NCBI GenBank assembly: GCA_038885755.1 | Contig: JAVZZH010000002.1 | Location: 32,001 to 96,000 of the forward strand | Length of the DNA stretch: 64,000 nucleotides | Direction: 5' to 3' | Source: Candidatus Caldarchaeum sp. | GTDB lineage: Archaea > Thermoproteota > Nitrososphaeria_A > Caldarchaeales > Caldarchaeaceae | Shown here: positions 19,541 to 29,518 of the stretch, in pieces | Position numbering within the stretch: position 1 is the stretch's first letter | Layout: the number at the start of each line of letters is the position of its first letter | Notes under the pieces: model-generated | Database searches by the model: none | What the model was told of the DNA's origin: nothing | What the model saw: only the letters and a program-made list of their open reading frames with translations | Translations under genes and position numbers: made by a program

Positions 19541-20827
19541 ATGGCGGTTCTGCGGATAGGCGTCGACGACACAGACTCGCCCAGAGGAATGTGCACCACC
19601 TACGTTGGAGCTGTGATGGAGCGAAGGCTGCAGGGCATGGGGTTGAGGAGGCTGGAGTACAGCCGCCTGATCAGGCTAAACCCCTGCTGCCCGTTCAAGA
19701 CCCGTGGCAACGCAGCGGTCTCGCTTCACTTCGAGTGCCCGGAGTATCTGGTTGATCGGGCGGTTGATGTGGTTGTCGACACGGTTGAGGAGCTTTACGA
19801 GAAGGGGTACGGAGAGACCCAGCCGGGGGTGGTTGTGCTCATGGAGAGGGAGGTTCCAGCGAGTTGGCGGGATTTTGCGCTGCGAGCTGTTAGGGAGATG
19901 GTTGCGGTGGAGGAGGCGTTGGAGCTGGCTGAGGATGCCGGGGCTCTCGTGTACAGGTTCAACGGAGGCCGCGGCGTTGTCGGAGCGGTCGCCTCTATCG
20001 GATGCCCTCTCGAGAACCCCACGTACGAAGCCATAGCCTACAGGGCTAGGAAGAACTGGGGAACTGTGAGGAGGGTTGACATCAACTCCGTCGCACAACT
20101 CCACGCAGCCGGAGTGAGCTTCGACAGCTTCGACCCCGAAACCAACGAGCCGAGAATAACGCCTCACACACCCTGCCCGGTCTTGGCTGGGGTGAGGGCC
20201 CTTACTCCCGAAAACGCTTTGAAAGGCCTTTCGATGGTGAGGTTCCACGAAGAGGTTGAGCTCCTGACGGTCTACGCAACAAACCAAGCCACCGACATGC
20301 ATCTTACGAAGACCACCATCGCGGGCTTGAAGCCGTTCAGCAACGCAGTCGTGGAAGGCAGGATAGTCTCGAAGCCGCGTATCACTGCAGGAGGCCATGT
20401 CTTCACCGAGGTTGACGACGGCACGGGGGTGGTGACGTGCGCAGCCTACCGGCCCACAGGCCCTCTGAGGAGGGTTGTCGCCAGCCTCAGGCCGGGCGAC
20501 CGTGTGAAGATGATGGGGAGCGTGAAGCCCAAGCCTTCCGGGCTGACTCTGAACATCGAGAAGCTGGAGGTCTCTGAAGTGGTTGAATACATTGTCGTGA
20601 GGCCTCCTAGGTGTCCTTCATGCATGAAGAGGATGGACTCCGCTGGAAGGGGTAAGGGATACAGATGTAAGGGTTGCGGGGTGAGGCTGGATGATTCTTT
20701 CGGCGAGAGGACGGTTGAGAACCGTGCGCTCAACGCCGGGATGTACGAAGCATCGGTCTCCGCTCGACGACATCTGTCCAAGCCTTTATGCCTTCAGTCT
20801 ATCTTCCCTATGACGAACTCGCAGTAA
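19541..20827 (+). CDS. tiaS: tRNA(Ile2) 2-agmatinylcytidine synthetase
   Basis: IGVDDTDSPRGMCTTY, LIRLNP..PFKTRGNAA, PHTPCPVL, TNQATD, GGH, C-terminal CxxC..CxxC, RRHLSKP. Confidence 0.96.
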   Translation: MAVLRIGVDDTDSPRGMCTTYVGAVMERRLQGMGLRRLEYSRLIRLNPCCPFKTRGNAAVSLHFECPEYLVDRAVDVVVDTVEELYEKGYGETQPGVVVLMEREVPASWRDFALRAVREMVAVEEALELAEDAGALVYRFNGGRGVVGAVASIGCPLENPTYEAIAYRARKNWGTVRRVDINSVAQLHAAGVSFDSFDPETNEPRITPHTPCPVLAGVRALTPENALKGLSMVRFHEEVELLTVYATNQATDMHLTKTTIAGLKPFSNAVVEGRIVSKPRITAGGHVFTEVDDGTGVVTCAAYRPTGPLRRVVASLRPGDRVKMMGSVKPKPSGLTLNIEKLEVSEVVEYIVVRPPRCPSCMKRMDSAGRGKGYRCKGCGVRLDDSFGERTVENRALNAGMYEASVSARRHLSKPLCLQSIFPMTNSQ

Positions 20828-21606
20828 GGGTCGCCTGCAGCTATGCACTTAGTTTCCTTACTCTTCTCCGACCCCACCAGCTCGCTGAAGATTCCGGCAA
20901 CAACTCCTCGGTGGAGGTTGCTGAAAGGCTTGCCGTAGTTCTTCACGAGGCTGCATTCGTAGTTGTCTTCCAGCTTTACCACAACTCGCCCAGCCTCCAA
21001 GTCTATGTTTACCTCCTTGACTCTGCTTGTTTTGTTCATCAACTGACGGTACTTGAAATGCTTCACTAATAGGTCGAGGTCCCCGCCTGTTATCTGCTTC
21101 AGCTTGTTCCAAATGCCCTTTCCTATGTTCAGGCCTATGTGGTAAAGTATAGCATCGCCCCCAGTCCCAAGCTGTCTCTTGATGCCCAGAATCATCTCCC
21201 CGTAGGCTGACTCTCTGTGGATTATCGCCCGCTCCCCCATGATACGCATGGGAAAATGATGCTCGTCGAACAGCATGTCGGGGAGCTGTTTACCGTAGTA
21301 GGTGATGTCCTTCACTACATTCAGCAGGCTGATGCTCTTCGCCAGCTGCTCGGCTGAGAACGGCTTGCCCGTCAAGTCGACGATGATGTTAACCTCCGCC
21401 ATCTCCCTCTCCCCGAGATAGCTCGCGTCGACGGTGTAGATGCTTACCACGTTCAAGCCGTAGGAGGCTATTACCGAGAAAACCTGTTGAAGAGCCCCCG
21501 GCACGTCGGCAAGCTTTACCGTGAAGAGGAAAACCTCCCGGTCGCCGCATAGGACAGCGAACGGGACCTCGAGGGGGAGAGGCATGGGATTTAACGGCCG
21601 GCGCAT
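20794..21606 (-). CDS. ACT + V4R domain protein
   Basis: N-terminal ACT (LADVPGAL); C-terminal V4R (NYEC, HRGVVAG, ETKCIAAGDPYCEF). Confidence 0.85.
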   Translation of the reverse strand: MRRPLNPMPLPLEVPFAVLCGDREVFLFTVKLADVPGALQQVFSVIASYGLNVVSIYTVDASYLGEREMAEVNIIVDLTGKPFSAEQLAKSISLLNVVKDITYYGKQLPDMLFDEHHFPMRIMGERAIIHRESAYGEMILGIKRQLGTGGDAILYHIGLNIGKGIWNKLKQITGGDLDLLVKHFKYRQLMNKTSRVKEVNIDLEAGRVVVKLEDNYECSLVKNYGKPFSNLHRGVVAGIFSELVGSEKSKETKCIAAGDPYCEFVIGKID

Positions 21607-21659
21607 TATATATATGTAAAAAGCCTGTTAAACAGGTTTTCAGCGCTGTTTCGCCTCCT

Positions 21660-22652
21660 TCATTTTGAGAATATTTCAAGGATGGCGTCGTCAGCCAAGG
21701 CGACACCGTAGCCGGCGACCGCCCGGATGGCTCTTATGACCAGCCCGAGCGTGTGAGCTTCCTTCTCAGGCTTCTTGAGCAGCATTTTGAACACCTTCGA
21801 GTACAGCGTCCTGACTTGGTCCATGCTGTCGATTACGCCGCTGGCCAGAAGAAGGTCGTGCTTCAGCAGAGCCTTCAACGAGTCCTCCAGCATCTTGTCG
21901 GTTTTCTCAGCCATCTCCTTGATGACGGCAGCCATCTCGCCCTCACATCTCTCAAGCTCTTCAACCCTCTCAGCAATCTTCATGCAGTAGTACGCAACCC
22001 TGCCCAGCTCCCTCACGGCTATGATTCTCACCGCCAAGCTGGGAGCATCCTTGACCTTCACCATCTCCCGTACAGCGCTGCTCCTCAGAGCCTGAAAACA
22101 GACACGCATCATCAGACGATAGAGGCGAGTCAGCTCAGCACCACGCTCGTAAGCATCGTGCGCAAGCGTTTTATCACCGACTTGGAGAGCGTTGACAGCG
22201 TCTCGTAAAACCGCTCTAGAGAGCTGCGTGAACCGGTCCAGCAGCTGGTCCACCTCGAACTTCGAAGGGTCGACCAGAGACTGTAGGACCACACGGTCGG
22301 CGTAGTCCTCGACGATCTCGACGCCGACGAGGTTTTCAACAGATTCTCGCACGCTTCTCTTGTGGGCTAAACTCATCTTGCCGTTCGCGACTACCTGAGC
22401 AACGTCATGGCCCATGATGTAGAAGTTGACGATGGCGAGACCGAGAAGCTTGGGGTCCTTGAAGTCCGTTATCTTGATCGTCTTGCTGACGATGCTCTGC
22501 CTTGGTGTTGTGGGGGTAAGGACTATGCGGTCGTCCTCAAGCTCGACTCTTACGACGTGTTTCCTGTCAAGCCCCAGAGACTTGACGAACTGCTTGGGAA
22601 GCGTGACCATGTATGTTCCGCCGGCTGTTGTCTGAATTGTACGTACGAGCAT
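21660..22652 (-). CDS. AbrB + PhoU-like domain transcriptional regulator (divergent from aceA)
   Basis: RTIQTTAGGTYMVTLPKQFV AbrB N-terminus, FYIMGHD, two PhoU helical repeats. Confidence 0.88.
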   Translation of the reverse strand: MLVRTIQTTAGGTYMVTLPKQFVKSLGLDRKHVVRVELEDDRIVLTPTTPRQSIVSKTIKITDFKDPKLLGLAIVNFYIMGHDVAQVVANGKMSLAHKRSVRESVENLVGVEIVEDYADRVVLQSLVDPSKFEVDQLLDRFTQLSRAVLRDAVNALQVGDKTLAHDAYERGAELTRLYRLMMRVCFQALRSSAVREMVKVKDAPSLAVRIIAVRELGRVAYYCMKIAERVEELERCEGEMAAVIKEMAEKTDKMLEDSLKALLKHDLLLASGVIDSMDQVRTLYSKVFKMLLKKPEKEAHTLGLVIRAIRAVAGYGVALADDAILEIFSK

Positions 22653-22722
22653 GGCTGCAACCGTCTATTGTGTAATTTATGCATTATGTATAGAGATCAT
22701 CCATAAACTTACAGGCGATACG

Positions 22723-22730
22723 TATAAATT
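22723..22730 (+). promoter_or_regulatory. TATA box for aceA-aceB
   Basis: TATAAATT ending about 27 nt before ATG 22757. Confidence 0.5.
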
Positions 22731-22756
22731 ATCCACCACCGCCGTAAACAACCAAC

Positions 22757-24040
22757 ATGAACCCGCTTCTAGAAGCCCAAACACCTGAAGAGCTCGAGAA
22801 GGTCTGGAAATCGCCGCGATGGAACGGCGTCGTCAGAAAATACTCGGCTGAAGACGTGCTGAGGCTTCGTGGAACTTGGAAGGTAGACCACTCAATAGCC
22901 CGCATGGCTTCCGAGAAGCTCTGGAAGCTTTTGAACACGTCCGACTACGTCCTCACGGCGGGAGCCCTGACGGGAAACCAGGCCATCCAACTCGTGGAGG
23001 CAGGGCTCAAAGCAATATACTTAAGCGGCTGGCAGGTAGCCGCAGACAACAACCTATCCGGAAACATGTATCCAGACCTTGGACTCTACCCCTCCAACAG
23101 CGCACCACACCTCATCACCAGCATACTGAAAGCACTCCAGAGAGCCGACCAGATACAACACCTCGAGCAGCGAGAGAAGAAGATAGACTATTTCGCACCC
23201 ATCGTAGCAGACGGCGAAGCCGCCTTCGGAGGCCCCCTCCACGCCTTTGAGCTGACGAAAGCCATGCTGGAGGCCGGTGCTGCAGGCGTGCATTACGAGG
23301 ACCAGTCCCCCGGCGAGAGAAGATGCGGCCATCTGGGGAGCAAGGTGCTCGTGCCTACGAACCGGTTCATAAGCATCCTCACCGCCGCAAGGCTCGCGGC
23401 CGACGTCCTAGGCGTGCCCGCTGTCCTGATAGCTAGGACCGACGTGATTGGAGCGAGATACATCACGAGCGACGCCGACGAAGTCGACCGGCCATATCTT
23501 ACTGGCTCGAGAACCAGCGAAGGCTACTTCGAGGTGAGGAGCGGGATAGACATGGCTGTGTCGAGAGGACTGGCCTACGCGCCCTACGCAGACATGGTAT
23601 GGTTCGAGACTTCAAAGCCGTCCTTGGAGGAGGCCAAGCAGCTGGCCGACGCCATTCACAGAAAGTATCCGGGCAAGATGCTTGCATACAACCTGTCGCC
23701 TTCGTTCAACTGGGTTAAGCTTCTGGACGCCGAGACGCTGCGAGAATTCTGCAGGAAGCTCGGCCAGATGGGGTATAAGTTTCAGTTCATCACGCTGGCG
23801 GGCTTCCACACCCTCAACTCGTCGATGTTCGAGCTGGCCAAGAACCTTGAGGAGCACGGCATGCTGGCTTATGCGGAGGTTCAGAAGAAGGAGATTGAGC
23901 TTGAGAAGAAAGGCTACAGAGCCTTCAAGCACCAGCGATTCGTCGGAGTACACTACTACGACGAGGTTTTGACAGCTGTAGAGGGGCGTGAGACCATAAC
24001 AGCCCTGTCCAACTCGACTGAAAGCTCCCAGTTCACCTGA
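22757..24040 (+). CDS. aceA: Isocitrate lyase
   Basis: YLSGWQVAAD, YPD..LYP, PIVADGEA.FGG, HYEDQ, RRCGHLG, ARTD, WFET, LAYNLSPSFNW, QFITLAGFH. Confidence 0.95.
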   Translation: MNPLLEAQTPEELEKVWKSPRWNGVVRKYSAEDVLRLRGTWKVDHSIARMASEKLWKLLNTSDYVLTAGALTGNQAIQLVEAGLKAIYLSGWQVAADNNLSGNMYPDLGLYPSNSAPHLITSILKALQRADQIQHLEQREKKIDYFAPIVADGEAAFGGPLHAFELTKAMLEAGAAGVHYEDQSPGERRCGHLGSKVLVPTNRFISILTAARLAADVLGVPAVLIARTDVIGARYITSDADEVDRPYLTGSRTSEGYFEVRSGIDMAVSRGLAYAPYADMVWFETSKPSLEEAKQLADAIHRKYPGKMLAYNLSPSFNWVKLLDAETLREFCRKLGQMGYKFQFITLAGFHTLNSSMFELAKNLEEHGMLAYAEVQKKEIELEKKGYRAFKHQRFVGVHYYDEVLTAVEGRETITALSNSTESSQFT

Positions 24041-24052
24041 CGGCGTCCAAAG

Positions 24053-25621
24053 ATGTTGCTGCTGAGAGAAGTCCCGCCTTCAGGCAGGGAAGTTCTCAGC
24101 AAGGAAGCCGTCGACTTCGTGGAGCAGCTTGTCCGAGCACACAGCCCAAGCCTTAACAATCTCATGCATCAGCGGAAAGAAGTCGCGGAAGCTCTCCGCA
24201 GCGGAGGAAAGCTGGACTTCCCAGCCGAGACAGCGGACGTTCGCAGGTCAAGCTGGAGAGTTGCGGAAATACCTCAGGACCTCGAAGTCAGGCATGTTGA
24301 GATAACGGGGCCGGTTGACAGGAAGATGATGATCAACGCCTTAAACTCGGGGGCCGACGTCTACATGGCTGACTTCGAGGACTCGTTTTCACCCGTATGG
24401 GAGGCTACTGTGCAGGGCCAGCTAAACCTGATGGACGCGGTGCGGAGAACGATCGAATACAGGGGCCCTGACGGAAAACGCTACGAGCTGGCGGAAAAAA
24501 CAGCAACCCTCGTGGTCAGACCGCGCGGGCTACACATGCTTGAGAAAAACGTGAGCGTGGACGGGTCATCGATTCCGGCTGCTCTGTTCGACTTCGGAAT
24601 ATACCTTTTCCACAACGCCGAGGAGCTGGTTAGAAGAGGCTCAGGCCCCTACTTCTACCTCCCCAAGCTGGAGAGCTACCTCGAGGCAAGATGGTGGGCT
24701 CAGGTGTTCAGGGACGCCGAGAAAGCTCTAAACCTGAGCCACGGAACGATAAAGTGCAGTGTTTTGATAGAGACTATCACAGCGGCTTTTCAGATGGACG
24801 AGATTCTGTACGAGCTTCGGGACTACGCCACGGCGCTCAACCTCGGGCGGTGGGATTACATCTTCAGCTTCATCAAACGCCTTGGACACGACCCGCGGTA
24901 CGTCATGCCAGACCGAAGCCTTCTCACGATGGACAAGCATTTCCTCAAGTCGGCCGCGCTGCTACTTGTTCAGACATGCCATCGGAGGAGAGCCTACGCC
25001 ATAGGAGGGATGGCTGCGCAAGTACCCATACGTGGAAACCCTGAGGCCCAGCAGAAGGCTTTCGACAAGGTTAAGGAGGATAAGCTTCGAGAGATTTCGC
25101 AAGGGTTCGACGGAGCTTGGGCGGCTCATCCAGACCTAGTCCCGCTCGTCAAACGACTCTTCGTCGAAAACGTAAAGGGCCCCAACCAGCTCAACATCAG
25201 GCACGAGGGCCTCGTCATAACTGCCGACGACCTTCTCCAAATCCCTTCGGGCGAGAGGACGGCTGAAGGCATGAGGGCGAACATGGAGGTGGGGCTCCGC
25301 TACCTCGAATCATGGCTGCGTGGAAACGGCTGCGTCGCGATCAACTTCCTGATGGAGGACGCTGCAACTTTCGAAATAGCTCGAGCGATCATCTGGCAGT
25401 GGGTCAAGCACGGCGCCAAGCTCTCCGACGGCCGTGTCGTCACAGCCGAGGTTTTCGAGGAGGAGCTGTCGAAGGTGTTGACGAAGCTGAGGAACGAGAT
25501 GGGAGAGGAGAAATACAGGACGTCGAGATACGGCCTCGCAGCCGACATCCTGCGGCAGACAGTTCTAGCCAGCGAGTTCGTCGAGTTCACCCCGCCCATC
25601 GCCTACAGATACATCGACTAG
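24053..25621 (+). CDS. aceB: Malate synthase A
   Basis: VEITGPVDRKMMINALNSGA, ADFEDS, VRPRG, YFYLPKLES, LNLGRWDYIFS, GGMAAQ, LMEDAAT. Confidence 0.96.
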   Translation: MLLLREVPPSGREVLSKEAVDFVEQLVRAHSPSLNNLMHQRKEVAEALRSGGKLDFPAETADVRRSSWRVAEIPQDLEVRHVEITGPVDRKMMINALNSGADVYMADFEDSFSPVWEATVQGQLNLMDAVRRTIEYRGPDGKRYELAEKTATLVVRPRGLHMLEKNVSVDGSSIPAALFDFGIYLFHNAEELVRRGSGPYFYLPKLESYLEARWWAQVFRDAEKALNLSHGTIKCSVLIETITAAFQMDEILYELRDYATALNLGRWDYIFSFIKRLGHDPRYVMPDRSLLTMDKHFLKSAALLLVQTCHRRRAYAIGGMAAQVPIRGNPEAQQKAFDKVKEDKLREISQGFDGAWAAHPDLVPLVKRLFVENVKGPNQLNIRHEGLVITADDLLQIPSGERTAEGMRANMEVGLRYLESWLRGNGCVAINFLMEDAATFEIARAIIWQWVKHGAKLSDGRVVTAEVFEEELSKVLTKLRNEMGEEKYRTSRYGLAADILRQTVLASEFVEFTPPIAYRYID

Positions 25622-25649
25622 GTTCCCATCCTGGCCGGCCAAAGCCTGC

Positions 25650-26834
25650 ATGCGGTTCTTCGCAACGACTTTCCACGGGCTTGAAGACGTAGCTGCTTCA
25701 GAGGTCTCTGGAATTGTGGGAGAAGAGGCGGAGGCAGATGTTTCGAAGGTGTTTTTCACAGGGTCGGCCGGGGACTGTGTCAAGGTTAATCTAGCTTCAC
25801 AGACCGTTAACAAGGTTTTCCTCCTCCTGCTGAAAGACCGGGCCGAGTCTCTGGAGAGTGTCGAAAGCCTTGCGGCCAGCGTCGACTACACTGACTTGAT
25901 CACGAGGGGGCAGAGCTTCGCGGTGGAGGCGGAGAGGGTCGGGTCCCATCCATTCACGAGCTTGGACATAGCGGCGGCGGTTGGGAGGGCTGTCATCGAA
26001 TCCTACCGGGCGGCTACGGGGTTCAGGCTTAGAGTTGACTTGAAGAACCCCGACGTCAAGCTTTACGTGATTCTGCGCGGCGATGAGCTGCTGCTGGGGC
26101 TTAACACGACGGGGGAGTCGCTTCACCGAAGGTTCTACCGCCGAGGAGCGCACAGAGCAGCCCTATCACCAACGGTGGCCAACGCAGTGGTCAGGATATC
26201 GGGCTGGAGGCCGGGGCGCACCCTCCTAGACCCCTTCTGCGGAAGCGGAACCATACCGCTGGAAGCAGCCGTCTACGGCCTCGACATATGCCCCGGAGCT
26301 AGGACCGGCCAGCTGGCTTTCCAAAAAATCTGCTTGTTCGACGCCGAGGAGGCTGAGAAGGTCAAGCAGGAGATGCTGCGGCGTGAGAAGAGAGGGGCTG
26401 TCGATGTTGTTGGGCTTGACATATCCAGTAAGGCTCTGGCTTTGGCGGAGGAGAGTAGGGCCGTGTTTGGATTCGACTGCGGAGTTAGGTTCGTCCGAGG
26501 CGATGTTTTCAAGCTCGACAGATACATAACCCAGCGGGTTGACACGGTCGTCTGCAACCCTCCGTTTGGAGTTAGGATGAAGGTCGAAGACCCGGAGAAA
26601 TTCTACACCGAAGCCTTCAAAGCTGTGATGAAGGCCTGCCCAAACGCATTCCTCACAGTCATCTGCAACAAGCCCTTCAAAATGCTAAGGGCTCTGGAAA
26701 ACTCCCTCTACAACCCCATCTCGCTGAAGAAAGTTCTACTGGGAGACCTAGCTGCTTACGTCTTCTCTTCAGCCAGCACGGGCACGAGCCTAGACTCCGT
26801 ATTCTCCGGTCGAAGGGTCTCGGAAAAGCTCTAG
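25650..26834 (+). CDS. trm14: THUMP-domain tRNA (guanine-N2)-methyltransferase
   Basis: THUMP domain, TTGESLHRR, LDPFCGSGTI, VCNPPFG. Confidence 0.85.
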   Translation: MRFFATTFHGLEDVAASEVSGIVGEEAEADVSKVFFTGSAGDCVKVNLASQTVNKVFLLLLKDRAESLESVESLAASVDYTDLITRGQSFAVEAERVGSHPFTSLDIAAAVGRAVIESYRAATGFRLRVDLKNPDVKLYVILRGDELLLGLNTTGESLHRRFYRRGAHRAALSPTVANAVVRISGWRPGRTLLDPFCGSGTIPLEAAVYGLDICPGARTGQLAFQKICLFDAEEAEKVKQEMLRREKRGAVDVVGLDISSKALALAEESRAVFGFDCGVRFVRGDVFKLDRYITQRVDTVVCNPPFGVRMKVEDPEKFYTEAFKAVMKACPNAFLTVICNKPFKMLRALENSLYNPISLKKVLLGDLAAYVFSSASTGTSLDSVFSGRRVSEKL

Positions 26835-27332
26835 CTCGGGGGGTGCGAAGGTGAAGACGAAGAACAGCAGCGCCGCAAAGGCTAGAGCTGCTGCGGGAGC
26901 GGGGTTGAACGGCTTGGCTCCGTGTGTCAGCGTGATGCGGTAGCTTATGGCTTGGCCTGCTGCAACCGACGCTATGAAAAGCCCGATGTCGTATGCGAGG
27001 TTGCTGCTGTGGAAAACAGCCTCGTAGGCGTAAAAACCTGCCACGATGATTGTTGGCATCGAGAATATGCCGACCGCCTTTCCGAGCAATAGGTTTGGAT
27101 ATGTTTTACGGATGCGGGCATATTGGTAGACGGTTAGGGCGAGAGCTGGGAAGAAAGGCAGCTTCAGATGTTCCCAGACGCTTTCGTTCACGGCGGAAAA
27201 CAGGGCTGCAACCATGTTTCCGCCTGAAAGCTCGTATGTGAAATGCAGGAGCGAGCCCGCGAATACGATGAAGAAGAAGCCTCCAACCTCGGTTTGCTTC
27301 AGAATCCTCTGGTGCTGGACCGTCTCCATCAA
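26790..27332 (-). CDS. Membrane protein, DUF6512-like
   Basis: GSLLHFTYELSG, FSAVNESVWEHLKL, C-terminal LFRDP.TG.YG; several TM helices. Confidence 0.75.
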   Translation of the reverse strand: MMETVQHQRILKQTEVGGFFFIVFAGSLLHFTYELSGGNMVAALFSAVNESVWEHLKLPFFPALALTVYQYARIRKTYPNLLLGKAVGIFSMPTIIVAGFYAYEAVFHSSNLAYDIGLFIASVAAGQAISYRITLTHGAKPFNPAPAAALAFAALLFFVFTFAPPELELFRDPSTGEYGV

Positions 27333-27412
27333 AGAATTTTAGGGGTGGCCTAAAATATATACCTTGCCAGCATCTTGTAAACAACACATCCTAATAAAGC
27401 AGCAACAACTCC

Positions 27413-28003
27413 ATGCCTCGACGAGAGTTGCGTGAAGACCTGGCAGTCGACATACAGAGGGATGAGGAGGAGGTTCTGAAAGCTCTGTCCACGGCCTCCG
27501 AGGGAGAGGTGAGCTTCAACGGCATGCGGAGGGTGTTGGGAATGCATCAGGAGAAGCTTTCACGGATACTTAGGCGGCTTGAGAAGCATGGCCTCGTGAG
27601 CCGGACTGATACCGGGTACAGGCTCAGCGGGAAGGCTCTGAAGCTTGTTTCAAAAACCGGCGGGAACCGGCCGCACGTCGTCGTCGACACCTTGGTGGAG
27701 GACGTGGGGTTGTTGCTCGCGGGTGTTGCGGCTCTTAGGGGAAGATGGGTTGACGAGCTCCGCTGGCTGGGGTACAGCATCGAGGACGAAGCCCACGTGC
27801 TCCGCTGGATCTCACAGGACGGAGCACTCACCATAACGCTGAGGCTTAAGAACAGCCGGCTCGTGATCGAAAGCAACGCAAACGACCGGAGAGCCGTCCG
27901 CGCAGCCCTAGCCATCCTACGCAAAGCCTACGAACTTGCTCTTGTTGACGACGAAACACCGTTCAAAGCACTCCAAGCAAACCCCTTCAACATAGCTGCG
28001 TAG
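27413..28003 (+). CDS. Winged-helix (MarR-like) domain protein
   Basis: SFNGMRRVLGMHQEKLSRILRRLEKHGLV..TDTGYRL. Confidence 0.75.
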   Translation: MPRRELREDLAVDIQRDEEEVLKALSTASEGEVSFNGMRRVLGMHQEKLSRILRRLEKHGLVSRTDTGYRLSGKALKLVSKTGGNRPHVVVDTLVEDVGLLLAGVAALRGRWVDELRWLGYSIEDEAHVLRWISQDGALTITLRLKNSRLVIESNANDRRAVRAALAILRKAYELALVDDETPFKALQANPFNIAA

Positions 28004-28068
28004 GCGTGACTAGCGGCACATTAACTCAGTCAATAAACACAACTCAACACCATGTTTGCTGAGCGAGA

Positions 28069-28632
28069 ATGACCACGATAGTTGGTTTGAAAGCTGTTGA
28101 CGGAGTAGTCCTGGCATCGGACAGAAGAGCCAGCAAGGGTTTCTTCATAGCTTCGAAGACGACGCAGAAGATCATGAAGGTTGACGACCGGCTGGCCGTA
28201 GCGGTTGCGGGCTTGTTGTCGGACGCCGTCTACCTAGTCAACGTCGTCAGGGCCGAGCGAAAGCTCATATCGCTGAGGCGTGGATACCCGCTCTCCGTAG
28301 CCGAGTCAAGCAAGCTCATAGCAAACCTGTTCTACAGCGGAATGAGGAGCTACATACCCTACTTCGCCGAGCTGATCGTCGCAGGAGTCGACGACGAAGG
28401 GCCCCACGTGTTCAGCAGCGACATGAGCGGGTCGATGGTTGCTGAGGAATTCGTCTCCTCCGGCTCCGGGTCGCCAGTAGCCTACGGCGTCTTGGAAAGC
28501 CTTTACAGCCCTAGCATAAACTTGGAGCAGGCACGGAACATAGCTGTGAAGGCTGTTGAGGCGGCGATGCAGCGAGATCCCGGCTCAGGCAACGGCGTCG
28601 ACGTCCTAGCTATTCCGGCTGGAGGTGTTTAG
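28069..28632 (+). CDS. psmB: 20S proteasome beta subunit without propeptide
   Basis: M-TTIVG with Thr1, Asp17 and Lys33 in register, GSGS, RDPGSG; in-frame TGA at 28060-62 excludes a propeptide. Confidence 0.93.
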   Translation: MTTIVGLKAVDGVVLASDRRASKGFFIASKTTQKIMKVDDRLAVAVAGLLSDAVYLVNVVRAERKLISLRRGYPLSVAESSKLIANLFYSGMRSYIPYFAELIVAGVDDEGPHVFSSDMSGSMVAEEFVSSGSGSPVAYGVLESLYSPSINLEQARNIAVKAVEAAMQRDPGSGNGVDVLAIPAGGV

Positions 28633-28635
28633 GAG

Positions 28636-29310
28636 ATGACGGTAGACCCTTCAAGGTTTCAGATGTTCTACGGCCCTGAGGGGAGGATGACTCTCGTCGA
28701 CAGAGCTCTCGAGGCGGTCATGCGTGGAGCGATAAGCCTAGGTCTTCGGTTCCCGTCTTTCGCAGTCGTGGCAAGCATGGTGAAGCCGACGAGGAAGTTG
28801 ATGAAGCCCAGCGACAAAGTCTTCACGATCGACGACCACGTGGGGATTACGGGATCAGGCTACATCAGCGACCTTTACAGGGTGGTCGACCACATGCGTG
28901 TCGAGGCCCAGCGGCACAGGCTTTTGTTCGACGCTCCGATGGACGTCGGATCCATCGTCGACTCGGTGAGCAGCTACTTCCACGGCTACACCCTCTACCC
29001 TGTAAGGCCTCAGGGAGTTGCTGTAATCATAGCGGGCGTCGACAAGCTCGGAGTCCAGCTCTACCAAGTCGACCCGAGCGGCACAGCCTTCAACGGCGAC
29101 GCCTTCGCAGTAGGCATGAACAGCGACAAAGCCCTAGAGATAATCGAGAACGAGTATAGGCCCGACATGAAGCTGGATGAAGCCATCAAGATGGTTGTCT
29201 CGGTCGTGGAGAGGACGGGCAACCCAGAGCCAGCCATACAGTACGGATACGTGAGCCTAGAAAACCCTGTTTTCACGAGAAGGAACATCAACAACCATTC
29301 AAACACGTAG
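28636..29310 (+). CDS. psmA: 20S proteasome alpha subunit, divergent N-terminus
   Basis: FYGPEGRMTLVDRALEAV (canonical FSPDGRLFQVEYA.EAV), KVFTIDDHVG, RPQGVA, YQVDPSG. Confidence 0.9.
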   Translation: MTVDPSRFQMFYGPEGRMTLVDRALEAVMRGAISLGLRFPSFAVVASMVKPTRKLMKPSDKVFTIDDHVGITGSGYISDLYRVVDHMRVEAQRHRLLFDAPMDVGSIVDSVSSYFHGYTLYPVRPQGVAVIIAGVDKLGVQLYQVDPSGTAFNGDAFAVGMNSDKALEIIENEYRPDMKLDEAIKMVVSVVERTGNPEPAIQYGYVSLENPVFTRRNINNHSNT

Positions 29311-29518
29311 GCAGAGCAGCCCGAGAGGAGCAAGCGGAACAACGTCAACAACAACAGAGCCGTAATCGTTCATCAAACGCCTAATCCGCCGAAGTTCATC
29401 CTGCCTAACCTCAGCCACACACTCAGCGGGAACTCTGAAGTGCGGCGAAATGTAAAGAACAGGCTACCGGGCAGTCTCCCTAACGAGGGTTTTGTTCCCT
29501 ATGGAGATGAATTTATTT

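Noticed and set aside
20794-21606. ACT-V4R protein as aromatic sensor for the island
   Set aside because: It lies 14 kb from the island, and this architecture is widespread in archaea; no direct link is visible.
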